A DNA stretch of 64,000 nucleotides from Eledone cirrhosa (lineage: Eukaryota). Where the stretch lies: the NCBI GenBank assembly GCA_964016885.1, contig OZ024756.1, forward strand, positions 15,128,001-15,192,000, read 5' to 3'. Positions 10,903-26,369 of the stretch are shown here, piece after piece. Position 1 is the first letter of the stretch; each line of letters begins with the position of its first letter. The position numbers and the translations under genes are program-made. The notes under the pieces were generated by a model. It ran no database searches, was not told the DNA's origin, and saw nothing but the letters and a program-made list of their open reading frames with translations.

Positions 10903-13725
10903 CATCTTCCTTCTAGCCTCTCTGACAGACAGACAGACAGTCAACCATAACTCACTCCATCTCCTTCTAGCCTCTCTGACAGACAGACAGACAGTCAACC
11001 ATAACTCACTCCATCTACTTCTAGCCTCCATGATAGACAGACAGACAGACAGTCAACCATAACTCACTCCATCTCCTTCTAGCCTCCATGACAGACAGAC
11101 AGACAGACAGACAGTCAGCCATAACTCACTCCATCTCCTTCTAGCCTCCATGACAGACAGACAGACAGACAGTCAACCATAACTCACTCCATCTCCTTCT
11201 AGCCTCCATGACAGACAGACAGACAGTCAACCATAACTCACTCCATCTCCTTCTAGCCTCCATGACAGACAGACAGACAGACAGTCAACCATAACTCACT
11301 CCATCTCCTTCTAGCCTCCATGACAGACAGACAGACAGTCAGCCATAACTCACTCCATCTCCTTCTAGCCTCCATGACAGACAGACAGACAGTCAGCCAT
11401 AACTCACTCCATCTCCTTCTAGCCTCCATGACAGACAGACAGACAGTCAGCCATAACTCACTCCATCTCCTTCTAGCCTCCATGACAGACAGACAGACAG
11501 ACAGACAGTCAGCCATAACTCACTCCATCTCCTTCTAGCCTCCATGACAGACAGACAGACAGTCAGCCATAACTCACTCCATCTCCTTCTAGCCTCCATG
11601 ACAGACAGACAGACAGTCAACCATAACTCACTCCATCTCCTTCTAGCCTCCATGACAGACAGACAGACAGTCAGCCATAACTCACTCCATCTCCTTCTAG
11701 CCTCCATGACAGACAGACAGACAGACAGACAGTCAGCCATAACTCACTCCATCTCCTTCTAGCCTCCATGACAGACAGACAGACAGACAGTCAGCCATAA
11801 CTCACTCCATCTCCTTCTAGCCTCCATGACAGACAGACAGACAGTCAGCCATAACTCACTCCATTTCCTTCTAGCCTCCATGACAGACAGACAGACTGTC
11901 AACCATAACTCACTCCATCTCCTTCTAGCCTCCATAACAGACAGACAGACAGTCAACCATAACTCACTCCATCTCCTTCTAGCCTCCATGACAGACAGAC
12001 AGACAGTCAACCATAACTCACTCCATTTCCTTCTAGCCTCTCTGACAGACAGACAGACAGTCAACCATAACTCACTCCATCTCCTTCTAGCCTCCATAAC
12101 AGATAGACAGACAGTCAGCCATAACTCACTCCATCTCCTTCTAGCCTCCATGACAGACAGACAGTCAGTCAGCCATAACTCACTCCATCTCCTTCTAGCC
12201 TCCATGACAGACAGACAGACAGTCAACCATAACTCACTCCATCTCCTTCTAGCCTCCATGACAGACAGACAGACTGTCAACCATAACTCACTCCATCTCC
12301 TTCTAGCCTCCATGACAGACAGACAGACAGTCAACCATAACTCACTCCATCTCCTTCTAGCCTCCATGACAGACAGACAGACAGTCAACCATAACTCACT
12401 CCATCTCCTTCTAGCCTCCATGACAGACAGACAGACAGTCAACCATAACTCACTCCATCTCCTTCTAGCCTCCATGACAGACAGACAGACAGTCAACCAT
12501 AACTCACTCCATCTCCTTCTAGCCTCCATGACAGACAGACAGACAGTCAACCATAACTCACTCCATCTCCTTCTAGCCTCCATGACAGACAGACAGACAG
12601 TCAACCATAACTCACTCCATCTCCTTCTAGCCTCCATGACAGACAGACAGACAGACAGTCAACCATAACTCACTCCATCTCCTTCTAGCCTCCATGACAG
12701 ACAGACAGACAGACTGTCAACCATAACTCACTCCATCTCCTTTTAGCCTCCATGACAGACAGACAGACAGTCAACCATAACTCACTCCATCTCCTTCTAG
12801 CCTCCATGACAGACAGACAGACTGTCAACCATAACTCACTCCATCTCCTTCTAGCCTCCATGACAGACAGACAGACAGTCAACCATAACTCACTCCATCT
12901 CCTTCTAGCCTCCATGACAGACAGACAGACAGTCAACCATAACTCACTCCATCTCCTTCTAGCCTCCATGACAGACAGACAGACAGACAGTCAACCATAA
13001 CTCACTCCATCTCCTTCAAGCCTCCATGATAGACAGACAGACAGACAGTCAGCCATAACTCACTCCATTTCCTTCTAGCCTCCATGACAGACAGACAGAC
13101 TGTCAACCATAACTCACTCCATCTCCTTCTAGCCTCCATGACAGAGAGACAGACAGACAGTCAACCATAACTCACTCCATCTCCTTCTAGCCTCCATGAC
13201 AGACAGACAGACAGTCAACCATAACTCACTCCATCTCCTTCTAGCCTCCATGACAGACAGACAGACAGTCAACCATAACTCACTCCATCTCCTTCTAGCC
13301 TCCATGACAGACAGACAGACAGTCAACCATAACTCACTCCATCTCCTTCTAGCCTCCATGACAGACAGACAGACTGTCAACCATAACTCACTCCATCTCC
13401 TTCTAGCCTCCATGACAGACAGACAGACAGACAGTCAACCATAACTCACTCCATCTCCTTCTAGCCTCCATGACAGACAGACAGACAGACAGTCAACCAT
13501 AACTCACTCCATCTCCTTCTAGCCTCCATGACAGACAGACAGACAGACAGACAGACAGTCAACCATAACTCACTCCATCTCCTTCTAACCTCCATGACAG
13601 ACAGACAGTCAACCATAACTCTCTCCATCTCCTTCTAGCCTCCATGACAGACAGACAGACAGACAGTCAACCATAACTCTCTCCATCTCCTTCTAACCTC
13701 CATGACAGACAGACAGACAGTCTGA
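10903..13725. repeat. 54-bp minisatellite with variable internal (GACA)n
   Basis: gtcaaccataactcactccatctccttctagcctccat(gaca)n, about 50 units. Confidence 0.95.
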
Positions 13726-14299
13726 CAAACTGACTGACAGACAGACAGACAAACTGCCCTTACCAGTTCTTTCTTAACCCTACATTTCAAATCGATATCA
13801 ACATTATTTAATCCTAACCCTAACTTTAAATCTTAAACCTTAACCCTAAATTTTAACTCCATTCATAACATAATATTAACTCTATCCTAAACCATAACCA
13901 TAAGACTAAGCCTTTGCCCTAAACTCTAATCCAATCTCTAAACTCTATCCCTAAAATCTACCCCTAATTGTAATTTATATAATATTTCAATTTGAAATGC
14001 AGAGTAATAACGATAGGGCCCCTTGTTCCTTTACAACCTCCACCACTCCACTAAAAAAATATTCAAATTGCCACCCCCTGGGGTTTGTGTTCCTTACATT
14101 CAGAATCACTACCCACAAAAATAGGGGGCTGCCTTAACAGCATCATAGGACCCCTACGATTAAAAAAAAAAAATTCATTGGGAAGGAGGCACTCCTAGAT
14201 ATGGTAACGCCCCCCCCCCCCCCCCAGCCTTCTCTAAACTGCTAAAGCCCCGTTCCCTACTAAAATTCAAATACGTCTTACTTAACATTACAAGCTTCT

Positions 14300-15270
14300 G
14301 GAGCAAAGCAATGCACTTGGGGACCCACTGCATACACAACCACGCAGATTAGTATTAGGCCAGGTGGGACCTCTGACAACTTGCCCAGTGGGTTCAGGAC
14401 CTTAAGATGATACTGCTAAAACCCCTAAACCCAGGGACGTCATAACAGTATTTATAAGACATTGAGGCAAAGCAATACACTGTGGGGTGAGAGGGGCCAC
14501 CTACATACACAACAATCACGGAATACATAGATTAGAATTGCACCTCTAGACCTTAAGATGGGGGGGGGGGGGCGGGGGGAGGCTACATACACAATCACAG
14601 CATACATAGATTAACAGTGGGACCTTCAACCAGGTGTGTTCAGATCTTAAGATGGTGGCACTGCTAAACCCTAGAGACGTCTCAATCGTATTTATCAGAG
14701 ACTGGGGCAAAGCAAGTGGGGTAGGGGGCCCTACACAAAAAAATCACTGCATAAATAGATTAACAGTGGGTCCCTTGTCCAAGCCTTAATATGGCAGCAC
14801 TGGTAAACCCCAGGGATGTATTAAACAATATTTATAAGTTCTTAGGTAAAGCTGCAGTGGGGGAGGGGACCCTTACATACACAATCACAGCATACATAGA
14901 TTAGATTTGGGTCCCTAGGTCTAGTGTGTCCAGGCCTTAAGATAGCACTGCTAAAATGCCTAAACCCCAGGGATGTCTCCACAGTATTTATCAGACCCTG
15001 AGGCAAAGCAATAAACATGGTGGGCAAGAGGAACCCCTTATAAACACAAGCACAGCATACTTAGATTATTAACATCGAGCCACTTGAGTAGTTGAGTCCA
15101 GATGTTATGATGTCAGTGCTGAACTCCAGGGTTGTCTTTATAAGACCCTGGGGAAAAGAAACTCACATAGATCAGGCCTCTACCCTTGATCATTCAGGTC
15201 CTCGGACTACTGTCCAGTGCTAAACCCCAGGGCAAAGCAATACATTGTGGAGGTAAGAGGGAGCCCTTAC
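14300..15270. repeat. Degenerate tandem repeat of about 140 bp
   Basis: Recurring gcaaagcaa...cacaatcacagcatacatagatta...ccttaagat...gctaaaccccaggga. Confidence 0.7.
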
Positions 15271-15277
15271 ACAATAA

Positions 15278-15537
15278 TCATCATCATCATCATCATTTTT
15301 ACGTCCGCTTTTCCCTGCTTGCAAGGGTGGGATGGGAACTGATTCTGGCTTGATTTCTACAGCTGGATGCCCTTCCTAACACCAACCTCATTTACAGTGA
15401 GTGCTGGGTGCTTTTTTGCTGTGGCACCTCCACGACCACTTTGCAGTGGAATGATATAGACCCCACTCCCTATCATCTCATTTCTACAGCTGAGTAAACT
15501 GGAGCAATGTGAAATAAAGTGTCTTGCTCAAGGAAAA
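15278..15537 (-). mobile_element. SINE-A, 5'-truncated
   Basis: Same body and tail, tRNA head missing. Confidence 0.85.
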
Positions 15538-15684
15538 CAGCATATTTAACATTGGGCCACTAGTGAACTACCACCACCCTCACACACCCAAGGAAAGGGC
15601 GTGGATCATCTGTCCAGTGTACCCATGGTGTGGTGGTGGTGCTGGTTCGGACGATGATGTTACCCACCCCACATAGACAAGCAA

Positions 15685-16110
15685 CCGTGACACAACTCAG
15701 ACTAGGGTATAGTCTCTCTCTCTCTCTCCTTGTGACACCACCCATACTGGGGTATATCCCTCTCCTTGTGACACCACCCAGACTGGGGTATAGCCCCTCT
15801 CTCCTTGTGACACTGTCCAGACTGGGGTATAGCCCCTCTCTCCTTGTGGCACCACCCAGACTGGGGTATAGCCCCTCTCTCTCCTTGTGACACCACCCAG
15901 ACTGGAGTATTATAGCCCCCTCTCCTTGTGACACCGCCAAGACTGGGGTATAGCCCCTCCCTTTGTGACACCACCCAGACTGGAGTATTATAGCCCCCTC
16001 TCCTTGTGACACCGCCCAGACTGGGGTATAGCCCCTCTCTCTCCTTGTGACACCACCCAGACTGGGGCATAGCCCCGCCCCTTGTGACACCGCCCAGACT
16101 GGGGTTTAGT
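15685..16110. repeat. 39-42-bp minisatellite
   Basis: ccttgtgacaccacccagactggggtatagcccctct. Confidence 0.92.
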
Positions 16111-16350
16111 CTCTCCCCACCTCCTCTTTCTTTCGTTGCTTTATCCTTTTTTAAATCTTTTCCTTCTTTTCATTTCCTCCTTTTTTTTTCTTCTTCCTTT
16201 TTTTCTCTTCCCTTTGATAGTGTTTTGTTTTGTTTTTATTAGACACTGCTCAATTATTTTTTTTATGTAATTAAATCCTAGAAATAAAAACATTATCACA
16301 ATATAACAATACACAATATATAAGAAAGAAAAAAAACCTCTTTTACTTAC

Positions 16351-16364
16351 GATTCTCCCGACAT
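16351..16364 (-). CDS. KIF28P: Kinesin-3 (KIF28/KLP-6-like) first coding exon, ATG to donor
   Basis: ATG TCG GGA GAA TC|GTAAGT; joins the next exon in phase 2 to give MSGES-VKVAVRVRP; possible upstream acceptor (ttttcAG) puts exon start at 16437. Subfamily call from N-terminus only (KIF1/unc-104 not excluded). Confidence 0.8.
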
Positions 16365-16729
16365 ATTCTTTTGTTTTATATTTTCTCTTCTTTTATCGCT
16401 GTTAATAATTAACAAAATATATTGTTAATATATTGTCCTGAAAACACGAACGACTTGCGGCTTTTTTTTTTTTTTTACATTAAAAATGAATAAAAATGAA
16501 GAGAAATGTGGTGTAACTCCTTTTCTTTCCTCTGTTGTGGGTTAATTGCTTGGTTTTTTCAGTCACTTTCTATTCACATGTTCGTTTGTTTAGGATGAAC
16601 GAAAGAGAAGAAGAAGAAGAAATAATAATATAATAAAATAATAATAACATAATGACTCTTAAATGTTGTGAAGTAAGTCTTTCTTTTAGCTGATGCATCA
16701 GCCGTTGTTTAATGTGTGTATACATTTGA

Positions 16730-19045
<2,316 letters not shown>

Positions 19046-19369
19046 AGAGTGATGGAGAAAACGGACGCGCTTCTCTGGCCAGGAGTTTAAACCAATATGC
19101 GTTTATGTGTATGTGTGTTTATATATATATATATATGTGTTATTAAACATGGTAATCAAAATGTGTATACATTTTTGGGGGACACCCTGTATATATAACT
19201 GTTTCTACTTTTTGGCACAAGGCCAGCAATTAACCAGTGTATTACTGGTACTTTATTTTATCGACCCCGTAAGGATGAAAGGCAAAGTCAAACGCGCGCG
19301 CGTGTGTGTGTGTGTGGTCCTGTGTATATACACACACACACACACACGCGCGCGCGCGTTATATATATA

Positions 19370-19460
19370 CAGGGTGTCCCCCCAAAAATGTATACACATT
19401 TTGATTACCTGTTTAATAATTATTAGAATGCTGTTGAAGTGAGTATACATTTTTATTGAC

Positions 19461-19466
<6 letters not shown>
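19370..19466. mobile_element. Tc1/mariner-type MITE
   Basis: TA-CAGGGTGTCC...GACACCCT-A; copies at 53940-54039 and partial at 19150-19190 and 26028-26112. Confidence 0.75.
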
Positions 19467-19523
<57 letters not shown>

Positions 19524-19528
<5 letters not shown>

Positions 19529-19735
19529 AACGAGTAGGACCCCGACGGCTGAGCTCAAGCCGTTTCGACGGCTATTTCTGGACAAAAGTAAGAGTTTAGT
19601 CCAGAATTAGCCGTCGAAACGGCTTGAGCTCAGCCGTCGGGGTCCTACTCGTTCCTATTACCCACTCTACTACCCTAAGTATTGAGTACTCTGGTGCGTT
19701 ATGGTCCACCTGGTTCCTTACCACATTTCCTACAT
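19524..19735. mobile_element. (TA)n-embedded fold-back element, copy 1
   Basis: About 60-bp inverted arms plus 75-bp tail ttacccactctactaccctaagtattgagtactctggtg. Confidence 0.75.
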
Positions 19736-19817
<82 letters not shown>

Positions 19818-20031
19818 GAAACACACAGATACATGCGGACACACACATATATACATGAATGCATCCGCACCCAACCGTGAGTTAAGGGTGCCAACTTCAC
19901 CGATGTTGCTCAATGAATGACCGGGACAGACCAATTCAGTTTGAACCAGACTGAACCAGTATCAGAGTTAAAAATACATTATGAAGAGAGAAGAAACATT
20001 TAGATATAATTAGTAATAAAATGTATCATAC

Positions 20032-20248
20032 CTAAACTGTTCCTAAATTCCTCGACTACGTAGTTTCGTGGCATAAACAAAAACAATATATCAAAGATAT
20101 AGAGTCCTTGCGAGGTCTGCCGACTTATCAAGAGGATACCTCATTTTACTAGTCTCAAGAACGCGTCTACACGACGTGAGAAAGAATCCCAAAAGGCGGA
20201 GGGGGAGATAGTCACGCGATATAACGGTCGAGAAACAGAGCTAAGCCT

Positions 20249-20250
<2 letters not shown>
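20032..20250 (-). promoter_or_regulatory. Possible non-coding first exon / promoter of the kinesin gene
   Basis: Unique CpG-enriched patch among microsatellites, upstream of the ATG exon, ending in a minus-strand donor TAG|GTATGA at 20032. Confidence 0.3.
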
Positions 20251-20674
<424 letters not shown>

Positions 20675-20737
20675 GGTCGCTTATATTTATGGTACGTCAA
20701 AATTATTTAAATTATTTATAAAACTGTTTATATATTG

Positions 20738-20803
20738 TATTTTATCTGACGAAGGCATGCCATATTTTTAATATGGTATCCCTGAAATATGTATAATGAA
20801 ATA
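20738..20803 (+). ncRNA. Type I hammerhead ribozyme motif
   Basis: Stem I UAUUUUAU/AUGAAAUA, CUGACGA, long stem II, GAAA, short stem III, AUA triplet. Confidence 0.65.
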
Positions 20804-20843
20804 AATATGGTTTTATAAATATAATTTCCATTTGTTTAATATC

Positions 20844-20900
<57 letters not shown>

Positions 20901-21032
20901 CAAAGAGTTATTTAATTTGTTGGTTATTCAACAAATTTGTTTATAACAGATTCGAAGCACTCTACAATATTTCTTCTGGAGTATAATATCAATAATATTA
21001 ATAAATGGAAACCATCTTTATAAAACCATATT

Positions 21033-21095
21033 TATTTTATGATATATATTTCAAGGGTGGCAACATTTTTTGGTACGCCCTCATCAGATAAAATA
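21033..21095 (-). ncRNA. Type I hammerhead ribozyme motif (inverted relative, imperfect stem II)
   Basis: UAUUUUAU-CUGAUGA-GGG...CCC-UU-GAAA-UAUAUA-UC-AUAAAAUA. Confidence 0.5.
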
Positions 21096-21159
21096 CAAAA
21101 GTTGTTTTATAGATAGTGACATATCCAAGAAAGAATAAGAACCTATCGTTTTAACTTGT

Positions 21160-22563
21160 GTCTACCACCATCACCACTACCTCTACCATCACCTCTACCA
21201 CCACCACCACCTCTACCTCTACCATCACCACCTCTACCACCACCACCACCACCTCTACCACCACCACCTCTACTACCACCTCTACCACCACTACCACCGC
21301 AAACCTCTACCTCTACCACCACCACATCTACCACCACCACCACTTCTACCACCACCACCTCTAACTCAACCACCACCACTACCACCGCAAACCTCTACCT
21401 CTACCACCACCACCCCTGCCACCACCACCACCTCTACCACCACCACTACTACCAACATCACCACCACCTCTACCACCACCTCTACCACCACCACCACCAC
21501 CACCACTACTACCACTACCACCACCTCTACCACCACCACCACTACTACCACCACCTCTACCACCATCACCACCTCTACCACCACCACCACTACTACCAAC
21601 ATCACCACCATCTCTACCACCACCACAACCACCTCTACCATCACCTCTAACACCACCACCACCACCACCACCTCTACCACCACCACCACCACCACTACTA
21701 CCACCACTACCACCACCACCACTACTACCACCACTACCACCACCACCACCACTACTACCACCACCACCACCTCTACCATCCCCACCACCACCACCACCAC
21801 CACCACCTCTACCACCACCACCACTTCTACCACCATTTCTACCACCATCCCCACCACCAGCACCACCACCTCTACCACCACCACCACCACCACCACCTCT
21901 ACCACCACCACCACTTCTACCACCACCTCTACCACCACCACCACCTCTACCATCCCCACCACCACCACCTCTACCACCACCACCACTACTACCAACACCA
22001 CCACCACCACCTCTACCACTACCACCACTTCTACCACCACTTCTACCACCATCCCCACCACCAGCACCACCACCTCTACCACCACCTCTACCACCACCAC
22101 CACCACCACCTCCACCACCACCTCTACCACCACCACCACTACTACCATCACCTCTACCATCCCCACCACCAACACCACCAATATCTATATGTATGTATGT
22201 GGCTATGTATATATATGTGTGTGTATGTGTATGTGTGTGTGTGTGTGGCTATGTAAATACGTATATATGTATGTATGTGGCTATGTATATATATGTGTGT
22301 ATGTATGTATGTGTGTGTGTGTGTGGCTATGTAAATATATATATGTATGTATGTGGCTATGTATATATATATGTGTGTATGTATGTGTGTGTGTGTGTAT
22401 GTGTCTATATATATGTGTGTGTATGTATGTGTGTTTGTGGCTATGTAAATATCTATATGTATGTATGTGTCTATGTATATATATATATGTGTGTGTGGCT
22501 ATGTAGATATATGTGTGTGTGTGTGTCTATATATATATATATGTGTGTGTGTGTGTATGTGTC

Positions 22564-22594
<31 letters not shown>

Positions 22595-22715
22595 ATGTGT
22601 CTATATATATGTGTGTGTATGTATGTGTGTGTGTGTGTTTGTGGCTATGTAAATATCTATATGTATGTATGTGTCTATGTATATATATATATATGTGTAT
22701 GTATGTGTCTATGTC

Positions 22716-22746
<31 letters not shown>

Positions 22747-23640
22747 ATGTGTCTATATATATATATGTGTGTGTATGTGTCTATATGTATATATATGTGT
22801 GTATATGTCTATATGTATATATATGTGTGTGTATGTCTATATGTATATATGTGTGTGTGTGTGTGTGTGTATATGTATATATGCTTCAATTCATTGCTTG
22901 ATTGATTCAATATTACGGCAGTAAATGTTTACCCGTATCTATGTTACAACTACAATTACCATACAAGAACAACACTGCCACCACTACCACCACTACAACC
23001 ACCACGGCCACCACCACCACCACTACAACCACCACCACCACCACCACCACTACAACCACCACCATCACTACCACCACCACAACCACCACCACCACCACCA
23101 CCACCACGACGGCCACCACCACCACTACTACCACCATCACCATTACCATCACCACTACCACTGCCACCATCACTACCACCACCACAACCACCACCACCAC
23201 CACCACCACCACGACGGCCACCACCACCACTACTACCACCATCACCATTACCATCACCACTACCACTGCCACCACCACCACCACGGCCACCACCACCACC
23301 ACCATCATCACGGCCACCATCACCATTACCATCACCACTACCACTGCCACCACCACCACGGCTACCATCACCACCACCTTCACGGCCACCACCATCACCA
23401 CTACCATCACCACCACTACTGCCACCACCACCACTACCACCACCATCACCGCCACCACCACTGCCACCACCACCACCACTACCATCAGCACCACCACTGC
23501 CACCACGACCACTACCACCACCATCACCACCGCCACCACAACCACCACCACCATCACCACAACCATCACAACTACCACCACCACGGTCACCACTACCACT
23601 GCCACCACCACCACCACCACCTCTACCACCACCACCACCT
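21160..23640. repeat. (ACC)n-type tracts (21160-22180, 22970-23640) flanking a TG/TA field
   Basis: Direct inspection. Confidence 0.92.
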
Positions 23641-23699
23641 CAGATCAATACCTCCATGGCAACATGTAACTAATGTAACTACAGCTGTAATAAACACCA

Positions 23700-24270
23700 A
23701 AAGGAATGCGGTGGCTTAGTGGTTAGGGTGTTCTGCTGACCACCGCGTGCTGGTCAGTTCGATTCCCGGTAGCCATGTTGAGTGCTTCAGCAAGGCTCTT
23801 TATTTGCCGTTGATCCAGTCTACTCAACTGGACAAATGGATATGTATTTGTAATTTCAAAGGGCCAGCCTTGTCGTTCACCGTCCCATGCCGAATCTCCC
23901 TGAGAACAAGTTAAGAAAACACAAGGCCAGCAATTTTAGGGGTGCGGGAGGCGAGTCGATTAAATCAACTCCAGGGCGTGACTGGTACTTTATAAGGCAA
24001 AGCTAATAATAATTGTTTCTACTTTTGGCACAAGGCCAGCAATTACTCCAGTGCATTACTGGTACTTTATTTTATCGACCCCGTCAGGATGAAAGGCAAA
24101 GTTAACCTCGGCGGGATTTGAACTCAGAATGGCAAGGGCCGTAACTCTATGCATAAAAGCATGGCGTCCGACCCTCTACCGATACTGCCAATCCACCCTA
24201 ATAATAATAATTGTTTCTACTTTTGGCACAAGGCCAGCAATTATCCCAGTGCATTACTGGTACTTTATTT
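23700..24270. mobile_element. tRNA-derived SINE (plus) followed by SINE-B copies (minus)
   Basis: gtggcttagtggttagggtg...gttcgattccc head; body related to 39040-39200; SINE-B at 24005-24198. Confidence 0.7.
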
Positions 24271-24454
24271 TAGACTCCCGAGCAAGATGGTTGGATAACA
24301 TCCTTGAGCTTGGCTGGTGGCACTTGTGGATCCAGCCAGATCAGTTGGGGGCAGTTACTTCTATCAGGACCCACTGGAAGGAGTGTTTGAGGGCTCTTCC
24401 CCCATGACCCTCTCAGAAATAAGCGGGCAAACAAGTTTGTTTTCTGCCCAAGAC

Positions 24455-25585
24455 AACACATCACCAGCACCAACACCACTCACTACCATTGCCAACACCA
24501 CCACTACCATGACCAACACCACCATTAACACCAACACCACTACCATTGCCAACACCACCACTACCATTGCCAACACCACCACTACCATGACCAACACCAC
24601 CATTAACACCAACACCACTACCATTGCCAACACCACCACTACCAACACCACCATACCAACACCACCATAACCACCACCACCATTGCCAACACCACCACTA
24701 CCATTACCAACACCACCATACCAACACCACCATAACCACCACCACCATTAACACCAACACCACTACCAACACCACCATACCAACACCACCATAACCACCA
24801 CCACCATTAACACCACCACCACCACTACCAACACATCGCCAGCACCAACACCACCATTAACACCACCACCAACACCACCATTACCAACACCACCATGCCA
24901 ACACAACCATTACCACCACCACCACCACCTCCATCTCCACCACCACCACCACCACTACCACTATCTCCACCACCACTACCACCACCACCACCTCCATCTC
25001 CACCACTATCACCACCAGCACCACCTTCATCTCCACCACCACCATCACCACTACCACCACCACCACCACCACTCCATCACCACCACCTTCATCTCCATTA
25101 CCACCACCACCACCACCCCTCTATCTACCACCACCATCCCTCCACCACCATCACCACCACCACTACCCCAAAACGATGAAATTCGAAGTCGATCTCGATG
25201 AGATTTGAACTTAGAATGCAGGGAACTCAAACAAATACGACCCAATCCCCCCCCCACCCGACTCTTACGACTCCCAATCCTCCCCGTAATACACTCTTAC
25301 GACCCCCGACCCCCCGTAATACACTCTTACGACCCCAATGCCCCGAAATACACTCTTACGACCCCAGACCCTCCGTAATACACTCTTACGACCCCCCAAT
25401 CCACCCGTAATACACTCTTACGACCCCCAATCCCCTCGTAATACACTCTTACGACAACCCAATCCCCTCGTAATACACTCTTACGACAACCCAATCCCCT
25501 CCTAATACACTCTTACGACCCCCCCCCCCCCCCCACACCCACACCCCACCCCAATACCCCCGTAATGCACTCTTACGACCCCCCG
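24455..25585. repeat. ACC/AAC low-complexity tract and 28-bp repeat (25260-25585)
   Basis: cgtaatacactcttacgacccc unit. Confidence 0.9.
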
Positions 25586-25766
25586 ACCCCCGGGGACCAT
25601 GGGTGATCTGCTGCTGGATAAAATTTCTCAATATATCACTGAGAGGAAATTACAGCTGAATAATTTATGTAATTGATTGTCAGTAGATTTCACACACACA
25701 CACACACACACACATAAACACAGACATACACATAAATATATACATATATATACACACATATATATA

Positions 25767-25824
<58 letters not shown>

Positions 25825-25984
25825 AATATATACATATATATACACACATATATATACACACACATACACACACACACGCGCATATATTCCTAATGATCGA
25901 CTTTCGTCAAATCGGACCGAGGAAACAGTGTTTCCATTGGTCTTTCCAATTGCTAATACTATCTATCGGTCGCAACTCCAGGTA

Positions 25985-26029
<45 letters not shown>

Positions 26030-26128
26030 GGGGGTCCCCCAAAAATATATAAACACACTTTGATTCTTGTACAACAATATTTACAAGGATGTTGTTGAAG
26101 TGTGTATACATTGAAATAGCAGGAAGAG

Positions 26129-26166
26129 ATCTTAACGTTTCGGACACTAGTCCTTCATCAGAAGAT
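26129..26166 (-). ncRNA. Minimal hammerhead ribozyme motif, Penelope-like
   Basis: AUCUU-CUGAUGA-A-GGAC-UAGU-GUCC-GAAAC-GUU-AAGAU; truncated copy at 48998-49030 (+). Confidence 0.65.
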
Positions 26167-26287
26167 AGAGTTGGAAATAGAAACTAAAGAGTGATGAGAG
26201 GAAGGAACGGGGAAAAAGAGGAAAACAAATTGGGGATAAAAAAAAACACACGTGCGTATTCAGTCGCTGATCTTGGAGAGTATGTGC

Positions 26288-26366
<79 letters not shown>

Positions 26367-26369
<3 letters not shown>

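Noticed and set aside
10903-13725. CRISPR-like appearance and ORFs (MTDRQTVNHNSLHLLLAS)n
   Set aside because: No unique spacers, only variable (GACA)n; no cas genes; eukaryotic intron
13770-13970. Telomere-like CCTAA/AACCCT motifs
   Set aside because: Highly degenerate and interstitial, with no regular TTAGGG array
24280-24415. ORF-like segment RWLDNILELGWWHLWIQPDQL, related to 56760-56860
   Set aside because: Dispersed repeat, probably a LINE 3' remnant, not a host exon
21143-25257. Poly-Thr/His/Pro/Val mucin-like ORFs
   Set aside because: (ACC)n microsatellite open in several frames on both strands, with no splice or domain context
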